A DNA stretch of 64,000 nt from an uncultured Planctomycetia bacterium (GTDB lineage: Bacteria > Omnitrophota > Gorgyraeia > Duberdicusellales > 4484-171), in assembly GCA_964489445.1 (NCBI GenBank), contig CAZAYU010000002.1:269020-333019 (forward strand). Reading direction: 5' to 3'. A model generated the notes under the pieces. It was given only the letters and a program-made list of their open reading frames with translations, was not told the DNA's origin and searched no databases. A program made the translations under genes and the position numbers. Below, one piece after another: positions 56,401 through 64,000 of the stretch. Positions within the stretch are counted from its first letter, which is position 1, and each line of letters starts with the position of its first letter.

Positions 56401-56578
56401 CCATAGTTGCTGGGCTTGCTCCGGGGTAATTTGCGGTAATTGTTATAACTGGGCAATCGACTACAGGCAGATCGCTTACTGGTAGTTTAAAATAAGAGGA
56501 AATGCCGAATAAAAGTGTACACACCATACACAGGCAGGTCATTATTGGTTTTTTGATGAAAATTTCAGAAAAATTCAT
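53450..56578 (-). CDS. RND efflux permease (HAE1, MdtB/C-like)
   Basis: YPGASP, VDDAIVVLEN, LTLTPMM, LYESYIHP, KNGIMMVDF, RFRPILMT. Confidence 0.95.
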   Translation of the reverse strand: MNFSEIFIKKPIMTCLCMVCTLLFGISSYFKLPVSDLPVVDCPVITITANYPGASPATMASTVASPLENECMQIPGLQSVISDNTEGQTSITLTFDLNRNVDLAAPDVQAAISRAMPNLPSDLPQQPIYSKNNPSDSPIFYLMVTSDTLTPGQLYDFGNRTIGQKISMVEGVSQVQVWGAKTAIRIQVDPGKLASLEIGIDEVAQAVKAGTVTIPAGSLNGQAHTFSLEPEGQLTSAQDYQKLIIAYRNNAPIKLKDVANCIDSLQNDVVRVMYGHAQGKIRAGGVCLAIRRAAGANTVALSAKIRKTIEELRIQIPASVNLDIFYDKSVKIIESVNDVKGTIVLALLLVILVIFLFIGRFADTIIPATVLPLTLVGTFAIMLACGFSLDTLSLMALTLSVGFLVDDAIVVLENSDRHIAAGKKPLNAAINSMKEITGTVISTSVSLMIVFIPLVFMGGIVGRNFKEFALTVIIAIAFSTLMALTLTPMMCARMLKGTKSQKTKLEIFINRFVNILTNQYGTALRWVLEHRFISILLWAICLLGTFWLFIVLPKTFIPEGDSGAIMGQMVTAQGTSTEKIRQFQNKINQTLKANPAVEQILTVTGAQPGADQSTGPVIAILKPPNKRKIIQKVVQELRVSLASIPLGFTYVQAMPALNLSTGGESTATGSKYSYTINGENRDQLYRCALKLEKEMKILPGFTGIQNSVKLNMPQLKIKIFRDRASTLGITAKDIEYALSLAYAGGKVTTYKTDVDQYDVIVELNKNYQKIPQNLSQIYVRSGITNKLIPLDSLAQWKEEVGPQNVPHFDQLNSATISFNLETNIALGTATKALANAAKDILEPGISGTFQGEAQEFEEAVASMGILLLVSVFLMYVILGILYESYIHPLTVLTTLPVAAFGGLATLLILGSELSMYAYIGMFMLLGIVSKNGIMMVDFANQNLAEGTTSSFEAIHNACLTRFRPILMTGMSTIMGAIPIALGFGADGASRQPLGLIIVGGLAFAQVITLFVTPGIFLYMQEFQEKFLDRFELSRSTAAKKHN

Positions 56579-56638
56579 AGCATCTACGAACCTTATTAAT
56601 TAATATAATAAAAATATTAGGTATATACTGGTCTGCTT

Positions 56639-57802
56639 TTATTGCTTAACAGGATTATTTTGTTTTTGCTGGTCGATATTGATAACGAAAACTTGTGGGC
56701 TTAAACCCATTTGTCCAGCGGTTACTATTGTTTCTTTTGGCCCTACTCCTTTGGTAATTTCAATTGTATCGTTATACTTTTGGCCGGTTTCTACCTGATG
56801 CAATTCTGCTTGGTTATTTTTGTTAACCGTAAATAAGTAAGGTCCGTTTTGTCCGAATTGAATAGCTTCGTAAGGAACTAAAACAGCATTTTCGGTAATT
56901 CCTAGAATCAAACGTACAGAGACAAATTGTCCGGGCCAGAGGGCATCTTGTTTGTTAGAAACAATAGCAGTTAAACCGATAGTTCCGCTGGAGACATCAA
57001 CAGTGTTATCCAGAAAAGATAACTCACCAAAGTAGGGGCTGTTTTTGTCTTCATCAATATAGATGTTTACTTTTAGCTTGGCCTTGGCCATTGCTGTACG
57101 TAATTTTGGTAAATATCGTTCTGATATAGTAAAATCAACATTTAGGCTGTCAGTTGTTTTTATGTTGACTAATGCCGGTCCATTATTTGCTGGAACGATA
57201 TTGCCAGGATCAATTAGTAATTTTCCAGTTACCCCGTTGATTGGGGAACATATATAGCAATATTTCAGAATTATTTCTTCGAGAATAAATACTGCTTTAT
57301 CTAAATGGACCTTTGACTGGGCTATTTCAACATCAGTCTTATATTTTTCGAATTCTTGTTCGGAAATATATTCATTAGCAATAAGGCTTTTATTTCTTTT
57401 AAGAGTATCTTTTTTAAATTCTAAATCAGCGTTATCCTGGTTGAGTGCTGCTTTGGCTTTATTAAGATTTGTTTTAAATTCTTCAGGCCCTACTGTAAAC
57501 AACAAATCTCCCTTTGACACTTTATCTCCCTCTTTAAAATGGACTTCTTTTATCTTTCCGGTAACTTGCGATTTAATATCAACGTTGTCTAAAGACGAAA
57601 GAGTTCCGAATGTTTCAATATAGACCGGAATATTTTTTTGAATCGAAAGTGCTGTTTGTACTGGACGGGGAGATATTGTAGAGTTTAGTGTCTTTTTATT
57701 TCGATCTTTTAGATGAATTGCAAATAGTAGAAAAAAAGTAATTAGGCAGATGATTCCTATAAGTTTTTTGAAACGGGATAATACTTTATTTTTGTGACTC
57801 AT
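56639..57802 (-). CDS. RND periplasmic adaptor (MFP)
   Basis: SQVTGKI..V.FKEG..V.KG, SPING, DNTVD..SGT, LWPGQFV. Confidence 0.93.
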   Translation of the reverse strand: MSHKNKVLSRFKKLIGIICLITFFLLFAIHLKDRNKKTLNSTISPRPVQTALSIQKNIPVYIETFGTLSSLDNVDIKSQVTGKIKEVHFKEGDKVSKGDLLFTVGPEEFKTNLNKAKAALNQDNADLEFKKDTLKRNKSLIANEYISEQEFEKYKTDVEIAQSKVHLDKAVFILEEIILKYCYICSPINGVTGKLLIDPGNIVPANNGPALVNIKTTDSLNVDFTISERYLPKLRTAMAKAKLKVNIYIDEDKNSPYFGELSFLDNTVDVSSGTIGLTAIVSNKQDALWPGQFVSVRLILGITENAVLVPYEAIQFGQNGPYLFTVNKNNQAELHQVETGQKYNDTIEITKGVGPKETIVTAGQMGLSPQVFVINIDQQKQNNPVKQ

Positions 57803-57844
57803 TGTTAATGCTTTTTTAATGTGTACTATTTTCTTTTAACATAG

Positions 57845-59323
57845 TTAATAATTTAATAGTGTTGTGCTGAGTTCTTTTTTCCTTTTGGTGATTGATCCGG
57901 TAGCATGGGCTAAATTAGCTAAGCTGATGAATAAATTATTTTCGGATTGGATCAAGTTGCTGCTTGCTTCTGACAGTTGGCTTTTAGTCTTAATTAAGTC
58001 CAGAATATCTTTTAATCCAGCCTGGTAATTTTCTGAAATTGAATTGTATATTGCTTTTGCATTGTTAAAAGAAGCTTTGGCGGATGTGTATTCTTTACGG
58101 GCTGTTTTAAATGCGTAATAGTTGGTCCATATGTTTAGGCTAGCTGTGAGTTCTGCCTGACTTAATTTTTGGTATTCTGCTTCTAGAGTGGCTTCTTGAG
58201 CTTGTTTTTTATTAAGATTGTAAAAACCATCAAAAATGTTCCAGGTGACATTCAGATATCCGGCGTATTCGGAATCGTTATTATATTCTTTTTGTAAATT
58301 GTAGTATTTGTACCAATTCTTCGCGGCTGATCCGCCAATAGTAATTTCTGGCCATAAATCAGAGCTAGCTGCTTTTACAGCTTCCTTTTGTGCTTGTAAA
58401 GTTTTTTTTAAGGACATAATGTTTGGTTTGCTTGTCAGGGAGGTTTTGATGAGTTGATGGATGTCTTGAGAGCTTATGTCTGTTGGTATTTCTCTTAATG
58501 GGGTAGTAACCTCTAAATTGATGTTTGGCGGGAACCCTAAAACTTGAGCTAGGTTTGCTTTTGCAATTTTAATATTGCTGCTTGCTTTTTGAAAATTGTA
58601 AGCTGAATTATCATAGTTATACTGAGCCTCCAGGATATTAAGCTTAGATACCAGGCCAGCTTGAAATTTTTGTTGAGCAGCATTAAGAAGCAATCTTGTT
58701 TCTTTTAAATTAATGCGAGCCGCTTTTAATTCTGATTGGTTGCTATAGAGTACATAGTATGATTTTTCTACTTCTAAAAGCAAATCTTGAATTGATTGGT
58801 TAAATTGAAAATTAGCTGCTAATAGCCTTAACGATGCTTCTTCGACATCTGCTTTTCGGCCTCCGAAATCAAGAAGCAAGTATGTTATTTGTGAGGCTGG
58901 TCCGTATTTAAAATCGTTGATATCAGCTGTAGGTTGGTTTGCCTCGGCTTTTTCTCTTTGAGCAGAAGCGCTAATAGTTAGTTGTGGATAGAATTTGCTT
59001 TTAGCTTGGTATATTTCGGCTTCTTTTACTCGAGTTGCTTCCCAGGCTAAATGAGTAGATGGACTGTTGAATAAGGCGATATCAATGAGTTCAATTAAGT
59101 TGAGGGGTTTTGAAATAGTAATTTTTTTTTCTTGAAGATAATCCCAGATTTGGTTTTTTGTCTCGGAGTTTTTGCTAAACTTTGACGATTTCCAGTTTTC
59201 GGAATAATTTAAAGGAGCTTTAGGAGTGGAGCAACTCACTAACATTGGTACCAATAGAATAAATAATGCAGACGATATCAACTGAACTACTACTAATCTA
59301 AACCTTGCAGATACAATGCTCAT
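57845..59323 (-). CDS. TolC-family outer-membrane efflux lipoprotein
   Basis: LVSC lipobox, two OEP repeats (YPQL...DFGG; WPEI...IFDG). Confidence 0.92.
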   Translation of the reverse strand: MSIVSARFRLVVVQLISSALFILLVPMLVSCSTPKAPLNYSENWKSSKFSKNSETKNQIWDYLQEKKITISKPLNLIELIDIALFNSPSTHLAWEATRVKEAEIYQAKSKFYPQLTISASAQREKAEANQPTADINDFKYGPASQITYLLLDFGGRKADVEEASLRLLAANFQFNQSIQDLLLEVEKSYYVLYSNQSELKAARINLKETRLLLNAAQQKFQAGLVSKLNILEAQYNYDNSAYNFQKASSNIKIAKANLAQVLGFPPNINLEVTTPLREIPTDISSQDIHQLIKTSLTSKPNIMSLKKTLQAQKEAVKAASSDLWPEITIGGSAAKNWYKYYNLQKEYNNDSEYAGYLNVTWNIFDGFYNLNKKQAQEATLEAEYQKLSQAELTASLNIWTNYYAFKTARKEYTSAKASFNNAKAIYNSISENYQAGLKDILDLIKTKSQLSEASSNLIQSENNLFISLANLAHATGSITKRKKELSTTLLNY

Positions 59324-59521
59324 AAATTCTAGTTTCTAACTCAGACATGCCTAGAGGAAAAATAAGTTAAGAGATAGTCTATACTCTCAAAATATATTAC
59401 AATATTATACCATAGATGGTAAATAAATAAGAAAAGAAATATTTTATTGGCAGAATCTATCAGAGATTATTTCTAATAATAAGCTTGAGAATATAATAAA
59501 ATATTGTAAAATATATTTACT

Positions 59522-60391
59522 ATGGGATTAAGGGCAAAAAAACGAAAAATTCGGGCAATGGAAAGGGAAAATAATAATTTAGGGGGGGCATTTCCTAAGC
59601 TATTTGTAGTTATTGTTATTTTGCTGTTTGTTGTCTTTCGTCTTTACGATGTATTTATTTATCCCAATGTTAGTATTATCTCTGGTGAAATTTTACTTAG
59701 TCTAGCTTTAGGGTTGATGGGTTATTTATTAGTTCGGGAGGTCAAAGATAATCGAAAGCTTCAGCTATTGAATAAGAATCTTGCAAATATTTATGCGAAG
59801 CTGGAACGCGCGGAAATTGATACAATAACCGTTTTAATCCGAACTGAGGAAGCAAAAGACCCTTATGTTCGTGGCCATTCAAAGCGGGTAGCTAAGTATT
59901 CTTTGGCTATCGCTAAAGACATGAAGCTTGCTCGCAGGGAACAAAGGGTTATTGAACGTGCAGCAATACTTCACGATCTAGGTAAACTTGGTGTAATGGA
60001 TGAAATATTAAAGAAGCCGGGTAAGCTTGATGACGAGGAGCAAAAAATAATGCGCAAGCATCCACGGGATGGAGTAGAGATACTTAAACCTCTAGACTTT
60101 TTATCACGCGAAAAAGATATTATTCTTTATCATCATGAGTGGTATAACGGAGAAGGATATCCGGATGGCCTTCAGGGTGAAAAGATACCCTTAGGATCAA
60201 GGATTATCTCGGTTGCCGACGCATTTGACGCTATGAATTCCGAGCGTTCGTATCGCAAGTGTTTACCACGAAGAGCAATAATTACTGAATTAAAAAAATC
60301 ATCCGGAACTCAATTAGATCCTCAAATTGTAAAGGTATTTCTAAAATTAATCAAAGATAACCCTTCCTACTGGGAAAGAGGACAAGAATAA
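59522..60391 (+). CDS. Membrane-anchored HD-GYP phosphodiesterase
   Basis: Two TMs, GHSKRVA, LHDLGK, HHE..NG.GYP.GL, ADAFDAM..R.YR. Confidence 0.92.
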   Translation: MGLRAKKRKIRAMERENNNLGGAFPKLFVVIVILLFVVFRLYDVFIYPNVSIISGEILLSLALGLMGYLLVREVKDNRKLQLLNKNLANIYAKLERAEIDTITVLIRTEEAKDPYVRGHSKRVAKYSLAIAKDMKLARREQRVIERAAILHDLGKLGVMDEILKKPGKLDDEEQKIMRKHPRDGVEILKPLDFLSREKDIILYHHEWYNGEGYPDGLQGEKIPLGSRIISVADAFDAMNSERSYRKCLPRRAIITELKKSSGTQLDPQIVKVFLKLIKDNPSYWERGQE

Positions 60392-60511
60392 ATTAGGATT
60401 ATTTTCTTAGAAGTGATAAATAGTAATTTTAGTGTACTTCGTAAATACTTACCAGAGAATTTCGAAATTATAGTCTAACAATACCGTTAACACCTAAGCT
60501 AATAATATTTT

Positions 60512-61633
60512 ATGGAAAAGGTAAATATTGCAGTTATTGGATCGGGGGTTGTAGGGTTAGCTTGTGCGTATGAACTTTCTAAAAAATATTCTGATATTTT
60601 AATTCTAGAGAAACATCTTTCATTTGGGCAAGAAACAAGCTCTAGGAACAGTGAAGTAATTCATGCCGGAATTTACTACCCGCAAGATTCATTAAAAACA
60701 AAAACTTGTATTGAGGGAAGAAAATTAGTATATGAGTATTGCCGAAAAAATAATGTTGGATGTGTACAAACTACTAAAGTTATTGTTGCTAAAGATAGCC
60801 AAGAAATGGAGGAGCTAGAAAATATTTTTAAAACAGGCTTGAATAATGGAATCAGTGACATAAAGCTTATCTCCAAAAATGAGTTATTACGAATGGAACC
60901 TCGTGTTAATGCTGTCGGTGCTATTTATTCTCCTTCGACTGGAATTATAGATTCACACGGGCTAATGAAAAAATTATCATTTGTATCAACATCACAAGGT
61001 GTTGATATTGTTTATGATAGTAAAGTAGTTGCTATTGATAAGATTAAAGATGGGTTTAAGATTTGGGTAACTGATAGGCGGGGAGAGTGTTTTGAGTTTA
61101 AAACAAGAATTGTAGTTAATTCTGCCGGTCTTTATGCAGATAAAGTCGCAGAGATGGTCGGAATAAAAAATAATGGGTACCGCATAAGATATTCAAAAGG
61201 TGATTATTTTCGTGTGGGAAATAATAAAGGGAAAATGATTAATAGATTGGTATATCCAGTTCCTGACAATAAAGGTTCAGGATTAGGGATACATGCTACA
61301 TTAGATTTATGTAGTGGTTTACGGTTGGGCCCTGACGATCAGTATGTGGACGATGTTGACTACCAAATAGATGAATCTAAAAAGGATATCTTTTTTAATA
61401 ATGTAAAAACATTCTTACCGTTTATTGACCTTGGTGATTTAAGCCCGGATACTTCTGGAATTCGTCCAAAACTTAGTTCTCCAATGCAAGAATTTCGAGA
61501 TTTTATCATTAAAGAAGAAAGCGGTGAAGGTTTTCCGGGGTTTATTAATCTTATCGGTATTGAATCTCCGGGTTTAACTAGTTCTTTGGCGATTGCTAAA
61601 ATGGTTAAAAAAATGGTTGATCAAATGAAGTAA
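60512..61633 (+). CDS. L-2-hydroxyglutarate oxidase-like FAD oxidoreductase
   Basis: GSGVVG, TSSRNSEVIHAGIYY, GLGIHAT.D, GIRPKL, GIESPGLT. Confidence 0.9.
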   Translation: MEKVNIAVIGSGVVGLACAYELSKKYSDILILEKHLSFGQETSSRNSEVIHAGIYYPQDSLKTKTCIEGRKLVYEYCRKNNVGCVQTTKVIVAKDSQEMEELENIFKTGLNNGISDIKLISKNELLRMEPRVNAVGAIYSPSTGIIDSHGLMKKLSFVSTSQGVDIVYDSKVVAIDKIKDGFKIWVTDRRGECFEFKTRIVVNSAGLYADKVAEMVGIKNNGYRIRYSKGDYFRVGNNKGKMINRLVYPVPDNKGSGLGIHATLDLCSGLRLGPDDQYVDDVDYQIDESKKDIFFNNVKTFLPFIDLGDLSPDTSGIRPKLSSPMQEFRDFIIKEESGEGFPGFINLIGIESPGLTSSLAIAKMVKKMVDQMK

Positions 61634-61885
61634 ATATTTTTTTGGAAAATATAATAGCAACAAAAAAATATTATTCTGAAAAAACTAACACCATGGTTGA
61701 TAAACAAATGAATTTTTCTAATTGAATGTTTAGAGTGAAATAATCTAAACATAATTGATTAGTATTAATATTTGCAAATTAGTGGATAAAGTATAAAATA
61801 CCTAATAGAATTACAACCTAACTGTTAATTTCTGTATAAAAGATAATGAGATAAAATAAATAGTAAAATACGCGAGGTAGATAAT

Positions 61886-63334
61886 ATGCTGGAATATCAA
61901 AAAGTAAACTTAAAAGCTGAAAAGTTTAAGCCTCAGATTACAATGATGATTCCCGAAGATGTGGCTCGTAAATACAAGGCAATTGCTGTAAAAATTGACG
62001 GTGACAGCTTATGTGTGGCATTGCCGGATCCCTCTAATTTACCGGTTGTTGATGAATTATGCTTGTTGACTGGTTGTGCTGTGAAACCCCTAAAAGCATC
62101 AGAAAAAGATATTACGGAGGCAATTGATAAGTGCTATAAGGTTGCTGATACTAGCAAACAGGCGTTGGTTGATATGCGGCTAGAAAAACTTAAAGTTACT
62201 GCTGACAAGATAGAGGAGTCTGAGGCAGAACAAACGCGTAACATTGAAGAGATACCCATTGTTAAATTGGTCAACGATCTTATCGGTGGTGGAATTATCG
62301 CAAAAGCCAGCGATATTCATATTGAGCCTCAAGAGCCGGAGATGGTTGTTCGTTATAGAATTGACGGGGCACTTCATGATATTATGAATATTCCTAAACA
62401 TATCAAGCCGGCAGTGGTTTCGCGAATTAAAATTTTATCAAACATGGATATTACTGAACGTCGACGGCCGCAGGATGGGCATATAGTGTTAAAAAAAGAA
62501 GGAAAAGAATATGACATTCGAGTTTCGTCAATGCTGACAATTTGTGGAGAAAAAATTGTAATGAGGGTTTTTGATAAGACAGCGATGCTTATTAGCTTAG
62601 AGAAATTAGGCTTTACTAAGGAAGATGAGTTGAGATTTAAAGAACTAGCTAAAAAACCTCATGGTATGATGCTAATCACTGGACCCACAGGAAGTGGTAA
62701 GACAACAACGCTTTATGCTTTACTAAAACAGCTTAGCTCACAAGAAAAAAATATTATTACCATTGAAAACCCGGTTGAGTATAAGTTGGATAGGATTAAT
62801 CAAATTCAGGTTGATGAAGGGATCAATATGACATTTGCTACTAGCCTAAGAACTATTCTTCGTCAGGATCCGGATATTGTAATGGTTGGGGAAATACGTG
62901 ATAAAGAAACAGCAGAAATTGCTATTCAAGCCGCGCTAACAGGGCATTTGGTGCTAAGCACTTTACATACTAATGATGCTCCCAGTGCGATTACTCGTTT
63001 GGTGGATATGGGTGTCGAACCGTTTTTGATTGCTTCTACGATTATCGGTTGCATAGCCCAAAGATTAGCACGGAGAATTTGTTCGGAATGTAAAGGTAGA
63101 GGTTGTGATAGTTGCTATAATACGGGGTATAAAGGAAGAACAGGTATTTGCGAGCTAATGATTGTGAGCGAGAACATTCAGAAGTTAATTTTAGAAAAAA
63201 AACCGGCTTCGGAAATTAAAAAAGTAGCTATTAAAGAAGGAATGAGTACGCTTCAGGAAAATGGAAGAAAGAAAATTTCCGAAGGTATTTCTACTGCAGA
63301 AGAAATAGGAAAAGTTATTTTCGAAGGAGTTTAA
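61886..63334 (+). CDS. Second PilB/GspE-family ATPase
   Basis: ASDIHIEP, GPTGSGKTTT, LRQDPD...GEIRD, HTND, CSECKGRGCDSC. Confidence 0.92.
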   Translation: MLEYQKVNLKAEKFKPQITMMIPEDVARKYKAIAVKIDGDSLCVALPDPSNLPVVDELCLLTGCAVKPLKASEKDITEAIDKCYKVADTSKQALVDMRLEKLKVTADKIEESEAEQTRNIEEIPIVKLVNDLIGGGIIAKASDIHIEPQEPEMVVRYRIDGALHDIMNIPKHIKPAVVSRIKILSNMDITERRRPQDGHIVLKKEGKEYDIRVSSMLTICGEKIVMRVFDKTAMLISLEKLGFTKEDELRFKELAKKPHGMMLITGPTGSGKTTTLYALLKQLSSQEKNIITIENPVEYKLDRINQIQVDEGINMTFATSLRTILRQDPDIVMVGEIRDKETAEIAIQAALTGHLVLSTLHTNDAPSAITRLVDMGVEPFLIASTIIGCIAQRLARRICSECKGRGCDSCYNTGYKGRTGICELMIVSENIQKLILEKKPASEIKKVAIKEGMSTLQENGRKKISEGISTAEEIGKVIFEGV

Positions 63335-64000
63335 TGGCCCGTTACGCTTATCTAGCTAAAGATGCTGATGGTAAATCATACAAGGGAAGCATTGAAGCTT
63401 ACAATGAAGCAGAATTAACCGAAAAGTTAAAAGATATGGGATTTTATCCTACTTCTGTTAAGCGGGAAAAAGGGCTGATTATCTTTGGTGCTAAACGTGT
63501 TTCTCCCCAGGAATTAGTTGTTTTTTCTCGTCAGCTTTCAACAATGGTTGGTGCCGGGTTGACTTTAAATAAATCTTTAGAAGCATTAGAGAAGCAAACA
63601 GATAGCTCTTATCTAAAAATAATTATTTCTGAAATAAGGATAAATATAGAAGGCGGCGTGTCTTTATCTAAGGCTATGGAAAAGCATAAGGCAGTATTTA
63701 GTGATTTCTTTGTAGGGATGGTTGAGGCCGGAGAAAGCGGAGGAGTATTAAAAAAAGTTTTAGAACGACTTGCTGACCATTTGGAAAAACAAGAGGCGCT
63801 AAAGCGTAGCGTAAGAGGAGCATTTGCCTATCCGGTAGTTGTGGGAACATTAGCTGTTTTAGTTGTTGGTTTTCTAGTGATATTTATTGTCCCGGTTTTT
63901 AAAAGTGTTTACGATCGGATGCATTTATCGCTTCCTTTGCCTACTTTATTGCTAATTGGTGCTAGTAATTGTGCCCGAAAATTTTGGTGGTTAATTATAA
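63334..64000 (+). CDS. Second PilC/GspF-family platform protein (3'-partial)
   Basis: Manual translation MARYAYLAKD...FSRQLSTMVGAG...AGESGG.L..VL.RLA...AFAYP; TAATG overlap with the ATPase stop. Confidence 0.92.
   Translation, partial: MARYAYLAKDADGKSYKGSIEAYNEAELTEKLKDMGFYPTSVKREKGLIIFGAKRVSPQELVVFSRQLSTMVGAGLTLNKSLEALEKQTDSSYLKIIISEIRINIEGGVSLSKAMEKHKAVFSDFFVGMVEAGESGGVLKKVLERLADHLEKQEALKRSVRGAFAYPVVVGTLAVLVVGFLVIFIVPVFKSVYDRMHLSLPLPTLLLIGASNCARKFWWLII

Noticed and set aside
591-62401. Numerous 60-134 aa ORFs antisense to or overlapping real genes (e.g. 1916-2179, 28527-28931, 34508-34789, 53643-53927)
   Set aside because: Shadow frames of well-supported genes, with no motifs or RBS.
1-64000. 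Alternative genetic code or selenocysteine recoding
   Set aside because: TGA, TAA and TAG all end conserved genes at expected positions, and full-length proteins translate with code 11.

Overview
AT-rich bacterial chromosomal window, mostly + strand, with no rRNA, CRISPR array, prophage or intact transposase visible. Gene content and protein styles suggest a diderm PVC-related lineage, possibly Ca. Omnitrophota (inference only). In order it holds: hisA (partial), rplM-rpsI, a riboflavin/nusB cluster, addA-addB-like genes, rpsU (missed by the ORF track), pyk, split coaB/coaC, the glycine cleavage system with lipoylation genes, an HTH-led type IV pilus operon with five pilin-like genes, a Chlamydia MOMP-like barrel, five tRNAs, smpB, tandem-domain thyX, a sensor kinase with two receivers, an RND efflux system, an HD-GYP protein and a second pilB-pilC pair. 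The most unusual signals are: (1) three apparent in-frame 102-bp (34-codon) hairpin-containing segments with short flanking direct repeats inside unrelated genes; (2) two genes collapsed by microhomology-type internal deletions; (3) tandem NrdR-box-like palindromes upstream of the pilus operon; (4) a possible mini-island and structured small RNA downstream of tRNA-His. All of these were found by eye and need computational confirmation.
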